From Raillietiella orientalis (taxonomy: Eukaryota): DNA of 64,000 nt. The DNA lies in contig JAYWIR010000013.1 in the NCBI GenBank assembly GCA_036172245.1, forward strand, positions 2,666,001-2,730,000. Reading direction: 5' to 3'. Each line of letters begins with the position of its first letter. Position 1 is the first letter of the stretch. Positions 21,701 through 36,700 of the stretch are shown here, piece after piece. The notes under the pieces are model-generated. The model was given only the letters and a program-made list of their open reading frames with translations. It searched no databases and had not been told where the DNA came from. The position numbers and the translations under genes are program-made.

Positions 21701-24700
21701 CTTCACATGAAATAATATGATGATAATTTACAATGTATCAGACCTTTGCAAGGTATTTGCGTGCTTTGGGTTCACACTGATGACGACATGCATGTAAGAA
21801 ACATGTAATGGCAGAAACACCCCAAGTAATTTGTCTAGGATCTTTGGTAAAATTTTGCTCCAAAAAATCGCCCCATAACGCCCATCCTTTGATTAACGTA
21901 TCATGCAACTGAACGGCTGAACTGAAAGCTCTATTTGCTTCTTCTGCACGCCCTAAACCAAATGAAACAAGACTGGAATTATCAAAAAAAAAAAAAAAAA
22001 AAGTACAATACCTATCTGTGTAAGAAACATTCCTTTAAGGGCATAGAACTCAGCAGTCATATCTTTGTTAAAATACTTCAGATTAGTTGATTCTATGATT
22101 TCGAGTCCCTGGAAAATGCAATAGTTTTTTCAATTACCTCTAAAAACTATCTTTGTACATAATTCATAAAACGATTTAACACAATGACATACAGAACTAC
22201 CTCTTGCAATTCATTTTTCCCCATTGTAGTTGCCATCTGCAGGTAACATTTCACCTGCTGACGGATTTTTTGAAAGCAATCTATGATTGGTACACTTGGG
22301 ATTGTGTGAATGCGTGACAAGTAATCTAGACATACTCCACATAAATTGTGCTTTCTTGCTATTTTGCTGTAATTTATAATAGCCTAGAAAAAATCCAAAG
22401 GAAAAGGAATTATATAGACTTAGGCTCATCAACAATATTTAATACTACTTAAGTTAATAATTCGAAAAAATTACCTGAGCTGATGCATGTACACCTAACA
22501 TGCTGTGATTTGTACTGTGCTCCTGTTGATCATAATGAGATACGATAAACTGATAGTGATGCTGGCGCCAGGTGAAAATATTGTTCCAGTGACTGAGATC
22601 ATCTGCAAGAACAGGCAAACGATTCCTCCATGTTTTTACAATTGCTTTCATATCATGGAGAGAACCTGCTTTACCATGCAGTAACCCTTGATGTATTTGT
22701 GCTGCTTCTTGCAATTCCATGATCTAAAATGCACATTTCATAATAGTTATTAACTATGGAAACTTAATCCTGCGAGTGACCAGTCGAGAGTAAGGTGACT
22801 CTATTACCACCTCTCCCTGAATGAAATGATTGTGAAGTAATTAGTGTTGGAACAATGACCCAAAGAAGCAAACGACTAGTGTGTGGACTTCCAAAAGAAA
22901 AAGAAAGCATGCTCTGTGTTGCTTTTGTTTCATGTTTGTTCCGATAAATTCACCAAGCCACATGGCAGATGGGGAAAACTGGAATGACTGAACACATACC
23001 AAATAACCCAGAAATTCTATAGAAAGAAAAAAAAACTTCCCATTTCCGATAAGATCTGATAAATAAAAACAAAGTACACATAAACTACACTTAAGTTCAA
23101 CAAATGACAATTTCATACGGGGGGGGGGGGGACACGGATGAGGGCGATCGGATACCTCTAAATAACAAAGGCAAATAGTTTGCCTCCAATAAAGAGGAAA
23201 GAATTACTTTAAGAAGCTTTTTATCTGCGATTGGGAAAAGTACATCACAAACTGAATGTGGATTATTTATTCTTCTGTTTATGCACTTCATGATTAAAAA
23301 CGAAAAAAGCGGTTAATGTTTATGCACATCAGTATAATGCAAAGAAAAAAACTTAATAAAAACGAAAATAAACTGAACATGAAAATATCGAGAAAAGTAC
23401 ATAACATGATAAGGTAACAGCATGAGTGTGTAGTAAGAAAGAGATATTGAGAAGAATACTTAAGACATTAACCAACTACAAACTATTTATGAAGATTACA
23501 GAACACACACAAAATTAAATGATAATAATTAACTAGAGAAATGAAAAATTAACAAAGTCTAAATGTCAGCATCAGGCATTTGGAAAGAAAACAAACACTG
23601 ATTGGTTACATGTTATGTAAGGTTCATTTGTTGTGTTATGAAGAAGGTAACAAAGTATCTTGTAATGTACTATTTTCTCATAAGATCATGTTATTTAAGT
23701 GTCATTAATCACCTGCTGTGACGCCTGCAACAATGGGATATGTACATGAGATACAATATCGGGCAATCGACGCCACTCCCTAATGCAGAGAGCACTGGCA
23801 CTTTCAACAAGTCGTTCAACAATACTTAGGTGCGGCTCCTCAGGATTACAGATTGCCAGAAACCCACGATAAAGAGTTATCTAAACAGATTTAAAATAAA
23901 ATCATTCCTGTATCAGCACAAATACAGACCTTCCAAGCCATCTCTTTGGGACATGACAATTCAACTTGTGTTAAAGCAGCTTTCATAACACTCCAGTCAG
24001 GCACTCGCCATGCTGATTCCAAAACTAGCGTTGGGTTCGTGGAATTTTTGCTGCTTCCGTATTCCAAAAGGAGAGCCCATTGATTTAGTTCCATTGAACA
24101 CCTAAATATATAAATTTAATGAAAATCGCAAGACTTTCAAGTGAATGTTCCAAATATGCAAAACACTGCATACACAATTGGATTATTCTTTCATATCAAA
24201 TTAAGAGTTTTTGCATCCTACCTTATCCAGTGGTCATCCCACAGACGATGTTCTGTTTGAAGGTGAGGCGATGTTGGATTGAGGCTGTAGTCATGCTTAG
24301 CTTTGCTCATTGCTAATTCATATGCAGTTTGAGCTTGCTCAAAAAATCCTTGTTGCTCATACGCAATTGCTATATTAGTTTCCGGGTATTTCGCTTTTTT
24401 TAACCACAACCCAGCCCACATGTCTTCTTCTTGCAATGAGCTGTACATCTGTGCAAGGGCGTCCAGAGTTTCCTTTCAAAGGATTTTATAAATAAATATT
24501 AGCAGTAAAATATCAAGAGCTTATCAAGAACCAAATCAAAAACTCTCAAGTACTCTCAAATAGTTTTTACTAAATTTACCTCATCTTATTTAACAATTAT
24601 GTTAATAACAAAATGAACCAATTTCATAAACGACTATATATTAGTAACCTTTTTTAACTTACTTGAAGTGGACTAGCAACTGGTTCAAATTCATAAAATG

Positions 24701-27700
24701 ATTCTGCAATTTCCTTTTTTGTTTTTGTTTGATTTGTTACCCGACATTCCAATGCCATTTGCTCCAATATCAGTGTCATACGATGCCACAAATTATGTGA
24801 TTTTCCCAAATACCTTAACAAACACCTAAAAACTGTAACTGTAAAAGCACTTTCTTTAAACATGCCAAGAACTCACGGTTTAATGTGGATAGGTGGATTA
24901 AAACGAGAAATTGCTTCAATGAACGTATTCAAAGTGCTGGGATGACAATCTTTTTGAAGGACATGTGCACCACTGCAAAGAAATGGGACCAGCTCCCCTC
25001 CTAAAACACTCTGTTGTCTTTCTCCGAGAACGCTCCAAATCGCTGGAAGCAGATCTGTCCATATTGTTTCAGCAAGGCACGTATCCATATGGCATAACTG
25101 GCACAAAGCTTCAACAAATAGTGGTCCCTATATAAATAACAAAATAAGAAACGCCTATAAAAAGTGATCAATACATAATTTCACTAGAAACTTCAAGGCA
25201 TAATAAGGCAGTAGAAAAACGTGTAGTGGTTTGAAATAGAATAAAAAAGCGAGATCTTTAAATGATATTTACTAGAAAAGATACTGAATTTCATGTTTCT
25301 TTGTCAATTAACTCCTAATTTGTACAATATAAAAGTGCTGAAAAGTGCATTCATGTTTCTGAATTTTGGTTAAAAGATGGAAGATTTTTTTTTTTGCTTT
25401 ATTTCAGTTTTTTGATGGGCACAATGCTTTCTAAAACATTCAATTCTATGAATGCATACACAAAACATTTGCAGTTTTTAAATAACGTTTAATGTATGCA
25501 CAGTTTAGATCTCTTTAAGATGATGATAAAAGACATTTATATGCATCTACTTATATCATATCTTTCATAAACTGATACGAAATGCGTATACATAGTCTGT
25601 TTCAATGAAAAATGGAAGTATTCTCCAGCAAAATTTCATAAAATCTTCTCGAATGCAAGCAGCTTTTCAACTGAGTAAATTTAATTACAGTTTTCTGGTT
25701 GCAACTATACAATTAAAATGCAAACAATTATCTACGCTTCCAGGATAAAATAAATCGCAGAGAAAAAATTCACTGACGCCAAGCATGCATTCTTTACAAA
25801 ACTGCGAAGGTTATTCACTGGATGGTGTTGCCAAATTATTCGTAATTAAATAAAGCATTTTTAAACATCGGTTACCACTGATATTGAAATCGATTCAATA
25901 AATTTTATTTCTCTCTGAATTTGGAGTTTCAGACTTGTTCTGGGACTGGTAAATTCTCTCCTGCTACTTTCATTACAATGACTAGAACTTTCAGATGAAA
26001 GATCCATGTCTGCTATTTCCACCTATTTTAAAAGAAAAGGCCATTAGAAAAAATGTACTAGATTTCATTTTTGTGGATTATTTTTAATGATTAAGAAACA
26101 AAGTAAATTGAGAGAGCCATTCAGCAAATGTTTAAGCCTTTCTATCTTGTTAACTAAGTAAAATGTTTGAAAAGTTCTATAATAAGAACAAAAATAAAAC
26201 TTTGAAATAGTTTGATCATACATAAGATCAAAAAATAAAAGAATACTAACAGCTTCCTTTTCTTGAGTTTCTAATGAATCCAAATCCTGAGAATCATCTC
26301 TCATGACAGAAAGCATAAACTGCTGTCTCAGCACTGGATCAGCTTGCTGAATCACAGATGTGACTGCAGGAAGCTGGATGCCAGGATTGGACAATTGTAT
26401 TGGCTGATCTAGAAAAATGATTTGTAAACCAAAAGCTACCAATATTTGGATAAGTACCAAAATTAGTTGTAACCAAAAGCAGTTCAATACACTGTTTTAT
26501 CCAGTAATGTGGACCCATTGCTTCCCAATTCTGTGAGCACACTATATATAAGAGCCGATCATATAAACGCTTTCTCATGCTGTTATCGAAAACTTCAAAA
26601 AATTTAGATCGAATATGAGGCTGCTTGCATCTTAAACCGGCCATAAATGCTGGTTCTAATTTAGCTGTCAATTCTGATCCTTTCAGAGTTTCGTCCCTGG
26701 AAATATCTTTTTAAGAATACGATACTTTCAAGAGTGCTGTTTACTTGTACACGTAATTAATTAATTCTAAAAATTGCGCCTGCAATTCCAGATCTTCGGG
26801 AAATCTTTTTTCTACGTGCTGCATCATTCTAACAAGTAATATAGATTTTTCTCTCAAGCTAGGACCTTGATTGATGGCAACTGGTGACTTATCTTTTATC
26901 CAATCTTCCATCATCTAAATAAAAAGTCAAAAAAGAGGAATGCATTAATCAGAAAGATACAGAAGACACCACAACACTGACTCACAAATCTCTATGTCCT
27001 AAAAACTTTTTAAAAGAATATTTTTCTTATGCATTCAATACTAAGCAATTAAAAGAAACAATTTGCAAAGAAAACCAAATATACAAACTAAATTAATTGA
27101 AATGATTGGCAAATCTAGAAATAATGCTGATTTAGAACTGCACAATCCGGAAATCAAATAAAATTTAGACATTTGGATGCATTAATTTAAGAAAGAAATC
27201 TACAAAAGGGATGTTGAATAAATAACTATTTCAAAACAAAAATTTCTCCAGAGTGATATTACTATGAAATAAATACCTGTACTTCACAAGGTGTATAAAA
27301 AAGTTACATGAATTCAAAAACAAAGTAATGAATAACAAATGCAACAGTAATTTCATAAAGCAAATGAATATTTTTGGATGTGAAAACCCACCTTGGTAAC
27401 ATATTTCAGAACTTTCGCATCAGGTGATTTCTCTATTATACCAACCAGAATGTTTCCGATAAAAGCTTTCCTCATTTCCACTCCCATCACGCCAATGCGA
27501 TTTTTTACCAAATCTAAGCTTAAAATCAACAAATCTGTATCTGTAAACACAAAAAGAAAACAATATAAACATTAATTAGGGATGAAAGTTACCAAACTTG
27601 ACTTCTGACGATGACAGATGCTCTTTGGTCATTCTTTGCAAAACTCGCATAAATGAAGTTATTAATCTATCCAAGTATGACGAATTGTTGCTGCATGCGG

Positions 27701-30700
27701 CCTTTAAAATCATCAAAGTTCCATAAAAATTATTTGATGATGCTGAATTCTTTTCATAGTTGCCTAAGCCTTCATAAATAATCTAAGATTAAAGAGAAGA
27801 TACAACTTTATATACCAATAAGTTTTTTTTTTACCTTGCCAACAGTTGAATAAAGTGGTTCTAACTCCTCATACTTAGAAGCCACAGTTGCATTTGTAGT
27901 TTCTGTAGGAAATGTAGACATCAACTTTGAAAGAAGACCGTGGATTGACTTAATGATCTAAATTTGTAAATGAAAATTAAACATTTAAAAAACATCTCAA
28001 ATTGCAACACTGATACTGTATGGACACTCAATATAGTTATTTTCAAAACGCAAAAATAATACGAAATATCCATTAATCATTTTAAGTGCTTAATCCTGGC
28101 AACTATTTGAAAATATGGAGTTTTTTTTTCAAAGACGGCTATTTTATGATTTCGATTACAACTCCATAAAAGCAAAAAATTTATGATTGCAGCAATGCTC
28201 AAAGAACCATAATTCAACAATTACCTTTTTATTTGTGGAACTCAGGCAAGCAGCTATGCCTTTTTGCAAATGTCGAAATGAAGCCAAAATCTGTTCTTTT
28301 TTCAAAATTTCAAGAAAAAATGTAAGCAAGTCTAATGCTGTGCATATGTTGCCAACATTGCACTGGGCTGAGTCAACACTCAAAAAAAGTTTGTCAAACC
28401 ATGTCAGCTTCAACTCTAAATTCATTGGCATATCTGGTTTAAGGACTGATTTCAGCAATGTCACACATCTTTTGGAGAGAAGTTCTCCTGTTGCTGTCAA
28501 AGAGCTACTTGACTCATTAACCTAAAAAATTTCAATAAAAATAATAATATTGCATTACGATGAATCTTTACAAAAAAACAAATGCTATTTCCAATTCAAT
28601 TCTTCATTCTTTAAATGGAATCAAAGGCTGACTGTTTAATTTTTGAAGTAAAAATGTCTACATATGCATATCAACTGAATTACTTTATCTTAAACTTAAT
28701 GCAAATATGAAGATCCAAGTTTTGAATTTCATACTTCATATTAATATGATTCCACTTAATATGCATTGAATTATTCAATTAGTATTTATTAAGAACCTTG
28801 AAAACACGTGCAAAAAAAATCATGGATCAAAATAAAAAGAAACTAACTTGACAAGCAATGCGTATCAAATAATTAATTATGGCATCAAGATGGCATTTTT
28901 CAATTTGTTTTACTTCGGATATGCCATTAGAAGACAACTTCATTTTCTTGATTTCACTTGAATACTCTGTTGATGATCTTTTGATGCATCCTCGAGATAT
29001 GGATGATGCTTCATCTGCTTTCTGAAATTAGTTCATTCAAACCTACTGATTTATGTTTTGAAGATTTAACTGCTTTTGTTTAAATTTTCAATAATAAAGA
29101 ATTCCATATAATTCACAAGGGCACGAAAATTAAAGTAGCATGTAATAAAGTTACACGCTTTAACTGAGTAATAAACTTAAGCAGTTCTATTGTATGCTTA
29201 CAAATAATTCACTCAAACTGCACATGAAAATAATAAGCAAGATAAAATTTGACCAATTATTTAGTTTTCTTAAAACAATAACTTTTTGTTTCATTAGACT
29301 GTTCAGTTTAAGTACCTTTAATCATAGTTTGATGAATAGTGAATAGTGCAAGAATGATCAGAATGAATGGAGGAATGATCGATAAGGATTACAGATGAAT
29401 ATGCTTTTCTGCATCAAGTGCATCTTTACATTTACCTCATTAACATTCATTGTTTCTTCTGAAAAACTTTCACTTTCAGTGTGATCCTGACTTTCCCACT
29501 TAAAGATGACTTCTACCAAATCCACGGCTAACTTTTTATATTCTAGTGTTGCAAGTGCAGTAAAACTCAGCTTTTGAATAGAATTCACCATATGTTGAAT
29601 CAAGTGAAACCTTACTGGATAGTAAACCTAAAATAAAGTTATACAAATTCAAATGTTAAATACAAATGTGACTTTGAAATAGTTAACTTAAAAATGAAGT
29701 GTCAACAAAAAACAAACATCCATAGTTGCAATCAAAATTTCTTGGACAACAATTTTGTGAATTTCACCTTCCTAAAAGGTAATTCATGATTATTAAATGA
29801 TCTACAACTGTTGTTTCAGCTGATTGATCTTCAAGAAACAAATGCTGATCACCAAATTTGGATAAGCTGTAATCAAATCTGCATTGGATCAACTCACAAA
29901 TGGGAACATTATATGCAATGAATCTGATTTCAAAAGTCGAAAAATGCAAATGCAGCACTACCTCAAACGCAAGTACTGGCTAAATGCACAATGCAAAAGA
30001 CAAAAGAGATGTCTTATTGAATGAAAAAAAGTAGAATTACTAAACGAATGATTCGATAGCAAAACAGTCTATGACTATAAAGAAAACACTGGACAAATTC
30101 AGAACTTCAACGAAAACAGCACAGAAATGAACAAAGAGAAATCATTAATTTATTTATGCCCTTCTTTTTCAGAGATCACAAGTACAGTATAAATTTTTAT
30201 CAGTCCAAAAATGTTATTGGCTGTATAATAACAAAACAGCAATCAATGACTATGTGGTCACAGTTGATTGCTTACATCAAAATTGTAACAATAAACAAAA
30301 GTTGAATGTTCTCCTATAAAATTAAATATTTTTGCAATGAACCTCTGTAAGTCATAAGATGACTTTCACATAGTTGCCCACTTCACTGAGCTCTGTGGTT
30401 ACAAAATTTAAAACAAATCTTTGCTACTATCATTATCATTACTGTGTTAGTAGTCGCTGCCATCACTAATGTTATTATCAGAGTCACATACAAACTTTAT
30501 CTGAGAAAATTACAAAGATGAAGAGAATCTCAGAACTTAGCTAAACAACAAACAAACAGTGAAATTGCAAGAATACTTCCACAATTGCATATATTAGCTA
30601 AACTATGCTCAGCTTACCTTTGAATGCCTAACAATTAGTTGTAAAATATGCACTAATTGTGAAATTGAGTGGCCTTCCTCTACAATTATTTTCTTGGTCC

Positions 30701-33700
30701 AGTGAGTTAACATAGTATTACCATCTTCCATTCTAAGAGGCATGGCTGGAGTCAGTATATCAAGAGCCTGTCTCACAACACTTCGTGCCTCAACTGCATG
30801 AGCTTTTAATAGACTATGGAAGACTAAAAAATAAACATATAGAATTACTAAGAAAATAATTAATTAGAATTCCAAGTTTCATCCATAATCATTAAAAGAG
30901 ACATTGAAAATTGCTAAGTGAAATAACGGACTTAGTTATGGGTAACTATTTACCTTGTAAAACAATTCGTTTATGGATAGCAAATTTTGAAATAATATGA
31001 CTCAGTAACAAATGGCCATGATACTTCGTTGTTGGATCAACACAATTCTTTGTTAGTAGACATGGCCAAGCAAATGCCATAAGACGACGAAGATGATTTC
31101 CTTGACGTTTATTAGATGGATCATGTATGTGGTTTGAAGCATGCTCAACCAAATGACTTGAAAATTGTAATAAACGGATACGTACAGAGTCAGAATTCCC
31201 AAAAGGATTGTCAGGATCAATAGCCTAAATAAGAATTCAACTCTATCACACTTTAATTTAAAAATTTTAGAAATTCTACAAGAAAAGTTTTACACCATTC
31301 ACAATTATTAATACAGCTATGTATGAAGTTACATATAAATGAACAATAATTTCTTGCAAAAATAAATTTTTCAAGCATTTACAATGCAGCAATATTTCGT
31401 ACGTACATTCTTTACAAGTATATTTGTTTAAGATTGATATTGTTATAATGAAAACGGCAGAGAAGATCTATTTTACATAATCCTAAATGAAAGAACTACA
31501 ATAGCAGTATTTCGTTTGAAACAGAATTTTTAATCAAATTTCAAATTACGCTTGAGTTTTTTGAGAAGAGACTTTTGAGAAATTTTTCTCGAGAGGGTCT
31601 ACAATAGGTTTATGATGAACAGAAAAAGATTATAAAAAACATAAGTCACAAAAAGCAAGTCAATGAATAAGAAACTGAAGAGAATATAGTTGGCACTACA
31701 ACTTTCACTTTTAAAAACTAGATTAATGATCATTTTTGGAATTTCTGCAACTGATTTAATGCACACTGTAAAGAATATTTTCTTAGACACTGTCCATTGG
31801 TAGGAAGGATAATATTTTATAAGTTCAAGTGTCTTCATGATAATATTTTATTTTGACAATTTTCCGATCTTTACCGTTCACTTGCATCACCAATTTCATA
31901 AAAGACTTGAAGGAATTTTTTCTGTGATCGTTCCCAAACATTATTTTAAAGAAAAAAACAAAAATGCAGGGGGAATTCAGCTCAAATTGGAATAGATACA
32001 AATGAAACAAACAAACTGGACACATGAGAAAAATGACAGACAAACTGAATAATCTACATTCAAGCAAATGGAAGGTAAGTGAATAAAAACGGCACTGCAA
32101 ACCATGAAAAGCATTTTATGCATACTAAAAAGGTGTATCAATGAAAAATGCTAACGTAGTACTTTATGAAAACGAAATTTGGAGTTCACTATTGAAAACA
32201 TTAAATTCCCACAGCATACAAAACTTGTATGTACATTGTAAAAAGTTTCATATGATTACTCAACAAATTTATGGTACTGTGTTCCATGAATTTGTTAAAT
32301 TTCTATATCATATCGAGTTACTGAATTTAATAAGGAAGCAAACTACAAAATCAAATCTACAACTGCCCATTAGTCATAATGTTAAACAGTCTCTTCTCTC
32401 CAGTTTTTCATTTACATGCAAAAAGAATGAGAAATTCATCAATAGACAAACCTTGCAAATAAAAACTGATACAAGATTATCTGGGCAATCCTGATCAGGT
32501 ACTGGAGGAGTTCCAATCAAATCATCACCATTACCCATTTCAAATTCATAAGTAAAACAGGGAATTATAACATACTGTAACATCTTTGACTTGAGGTCTT
32601 GGGTGATGTTGGGGTCATTAAATAGATCCATAAACTCGAAAAATGCAATTCGTTTCCATTCTATATTAAATTCACGTGCCACTACATTCTCGAGATACTC
32701 CTTCAAAAACTAATAAAACATGAAAAAAATGCACTAAAAAATTAGACACACACAAATGCATAGATAAATTTTCAATTATGAGGAAAGGAAAGGTAATCAC
32801 TGAACAATTAAAGAATCAGTTAGGTAATATTTTGAACTATATTTTGTTAATTGAAACTTCATTACCTGGAATTCTGGAAGAAGATTTCCTCGAAATGCTC
32901 GCAACAGCTGAAACAATAATCTCACATGCATTGGATGATGATTGAAATAATGTAACAAGATACGACAAATAAGTCTTGGTTCTTGCCACTGGGTGTAATC
33001 AACTGACTGCAAATTCAAGTGATGGTTCTAAAATACAATATATATAGTGTATGATGCAAACATGGTAGCACACAGCTTTATGATTGTAATTGCCATTCGG
33101 ATATCAGCACTTTTTAGGTAACAGTCACGATCAAAATAACAAATTTCAAAACGAAAAAATGAAACAGCCAAATCAGAAGTTGTCTATAAGTAATTCACTT
33201 TAGTTAACTGATCAGCTAAATTAAGAATAATAAAGCATTTGGACCATGTATGCCAACCTTGTTGTAATGCTATCTCCAGTGTTAAGTACACAGACTTTAT
33301 TTTGTCAAACTACAAAAATTTTCGATAATTTGAAAATTTCAAAATGTTTGGAAACCAAAGACAAAGGTGAATAATACTGTGTTATAAAACTGGATAGCAA
33401 CATCTTTAAGTAAATGACAAAAACTACAAGGTCAAAAGTCTTGAAAAATTTAACGTTTTGAACTCTTTAGAAGAACATTAACAAAACTAGAAAATGAACG
33501 ACTTTTGCAGTGTATTGGTGGAGACCTAACTTGTAATTCATACAGACTCCAAATTCATAGATGAAATCATCCTGTTTTGAGGGTTCTGTGCTTCCCATAG
33601 TTCCTGTTTTACAAATGCTGCTAAGAAAATAACAAAACAAAACAGATGCCAGAATCATTTTCTTCACAGAGGCAATCATGTTATTTGCTCTACTATTCAC

Positions 33701-36700
33701 TTAGCATTTTGGATTAATACAAAAACTGTTGCTGGAATGACTCTGGATTCACTGAACAGTAGAGCAAATAACATGTTACACAATGTAGCACCGATTCTTT
33801 GATGCTACATTGTGTAAATAAAATATTCAGACAGAAAAATAACAGAAAGAATCAGAAAGATGAAATGCCTCTTAAAATACGATCATCTATTATGAAAACA
33901 TAATGAAAGAACTTTAATTACAAAATAACTGTCGGAAATCCATATTTGCTTCAGGCTTTCTGCTAACTGGTGCTGTTTTGCAAACCACTGAGTATCCCAT
34001 TTTATCAACAAAGATATAATTTGAATAGCAAGAAACTGAAGCTCTGCCTTCTCTTCATTATTTGTTACTGCTTGGATACCTAAATAAGAGTACTGAATAG
34101 TTATACAACGGACACAAGCAAATACCTATTTTTTATTAGAAAATTACGATTCAATTTGTACACAATTCAACAGAAACAATTCTTTTTTTGTATTTTAATA
34201 GAAAAAAAATATAAATCCGGCATTTCACAATATAGAGCAATCAAATGAGATAAATGTAACTTACCATGAGTTATATTGAGCTGATTGCTTATACAAGGTA
34301 ATGAATGAGCACCAGTTATCATGTTCAGAAACTTATCACTCGAATTTTTCAAACATTCACGGAATGGTTCACCTTTTTTTATTTTGATTAGATACAGTAA
34401 ATATCGACTCCACTGCTGAAATTGAGAGATATGATGAGGATAAAATACTTAAAACACCAAATGAATTCATTCAACATTAAATTTTCACACTAACTTCAAA
34501 ATTCCATGCTACCAATTAGACAACAATAATCAAAACAACTTTATAAAATTAGTTAGCAAAATTTTGCACGAGTCATAAAAGCAAAAGCACACATCCATAG
34601 AGATGAAAATACAAAGTGCTAATGTGCATTGATAGCTACACAAAAAAAAAAAAATTAAAAAGAATTATTAAACATAAGAAATACTAAAATCAAAATTGCA
34701 TTCCATAGCCTAACAATTACTCTAAAGTGATTTGCACTACTTTACTTTAAAATGTGTTTCGGATGAAAAATGAAGCATTCTGTATAACAGATATTGCAAC
34801 AGATACAAATTTCGAATCACTTTATTACAGAACCAACAAAACCTTCATGTTATTGGTACTGGTTTGTTTTGTAGCTTTAAGAACAAAAATTAATATCAAA
34901 TCTACTTAGGTGGAAAAATTCAACAAATTGCTTACTTTTAAGCTTGTTTCTATCAAAAAAAATTCAACAGCTTGTTGTGGATAACGTAGGAGAAATTTGG
35001 CTAATGGTTCCCTAAAAGGACTTCCAGCCTCAATCAACAGTGCTTTCTCTGTCTGCAAAGCAAGTTTGCATAAAAGCACAATAAACTTTGGCGAAGCAGC
35101 AGGAATTTGATAGAAAACATTGATAATAGCTGCACATATTTCAAGTTCGCTGCCGAATGATCGAGCACCTTTGTGTGCTAAAATGGCAACTTCTAGCCAT
35201 TTCTTTAAATGCTGTAAAAGTTGTTCACAGAGCTTCTCATTGAAGATGTTTGGAAATAATTGCATGAAATACGATAACCTCTGTATGAAACTTAATTTAA
35301 GTGAACGATAATCTCCTAACATAAGTAATAACGGTCTCATGGAATTATGCACCTAAAAATTAAAACACAATATTAGTAATGCATCAATGCTAAAAGCATA
35401 AAAATACAAATCGATAAATAAATAATACATTAAGAAATGCTTATGCTTCATTAACTTGTTCTGACGAAATTTTCATACAACTTAAATTTGCTGAATTATC
35501 TATGAAAGTCTTGAAATTTCAACATCATTTCCAACGTGAATGCATTTGTTATATCAGTTACATATTCGGAACTAAAAAAGCTAAGATCTTAACGATTTTA
35601 ATAACAAAGATCAAAACTGTATCACTCAAAATAACATCAATTAGTACTCTTTGTTGAACCTGATATTATTTTGTGAATTATATCATTTTGTGAATTTTTG
35701 TGAATTCTTCAGCTCATCAACATACAAAATGAAGACAAGCATGCTAAATCAACTTTTTCGGTTGTTATTTTTATATATTGTAAATGCTAATCGAGATCTT
35801 TAGAAAACCTTAATACGACAACGATAAAACCATACCATGTCCATATCCAAATTGCAATGCAGCACAAAATTCTTGATACAACTAAAAGCACATTCTTGCA
35901 ACTCTGATGGACCAGAGCTCAAAGCCTTGTGCAAAATGGTGAATATTTTCTCGCTGCACTGGGGAATATAATGACATGCAGCTAATGCTTTTAATGCAGA
36001 CTTTCTAAGGGGTATAAGATTATCCACTGATTTGTAACATGGCAGTTTTATCAAGACACTATCCTCTGCTTCGCATAAAGTCAAAAGTTCCGAATAAAAA
36101 ACATTGTGTTCTTGTATACTCAGATCTGCAAATAAAAAAATTTACAAGCATGTCATGTGCCAATGAAATGATTACCTATTGTAAACAATCTAGGCTCCAA
36201 AGTTGTACAAAATGTGTTCCCTTCCATCAAACCAATCTGTGAATTAACAGGTTGGTGCCTGAGTAAATGCTTTTTTGGAGGGATCATATCAGCTAACACA
36301 TCTTTATGTGGATCCATAACTTCTGTTACAGATTTCCTTTGGCATTCTGCTAATATTTGTAGGGAGTGTACAGCCTGTAAAAAATATAGATATTTATGGA
36401 AAATGTAATTTAATTAGATTTGTTAATGGTCTTAGCAGCAGTTTTCTTTGTCCTTCAAGAGTACACGAAAACAATCAAAAATTATATCAAATTAAATTAT
36501 ACTTGGAATTCATTTATAAATTTACAAAGTCATAAAGTAATGACAGCTGTAATGAACAATTTCAGAACTATAACAATAATCTGCTCTATTTATACGGAAA
36601 ACCAATTAAAAACTTGCTAATTAATTGAAGCAGAAGCACGTTTTTACTGTCAATTTCTGTAGGCACAATGAATGTACTAACATTTAAAGTACACAAAATA

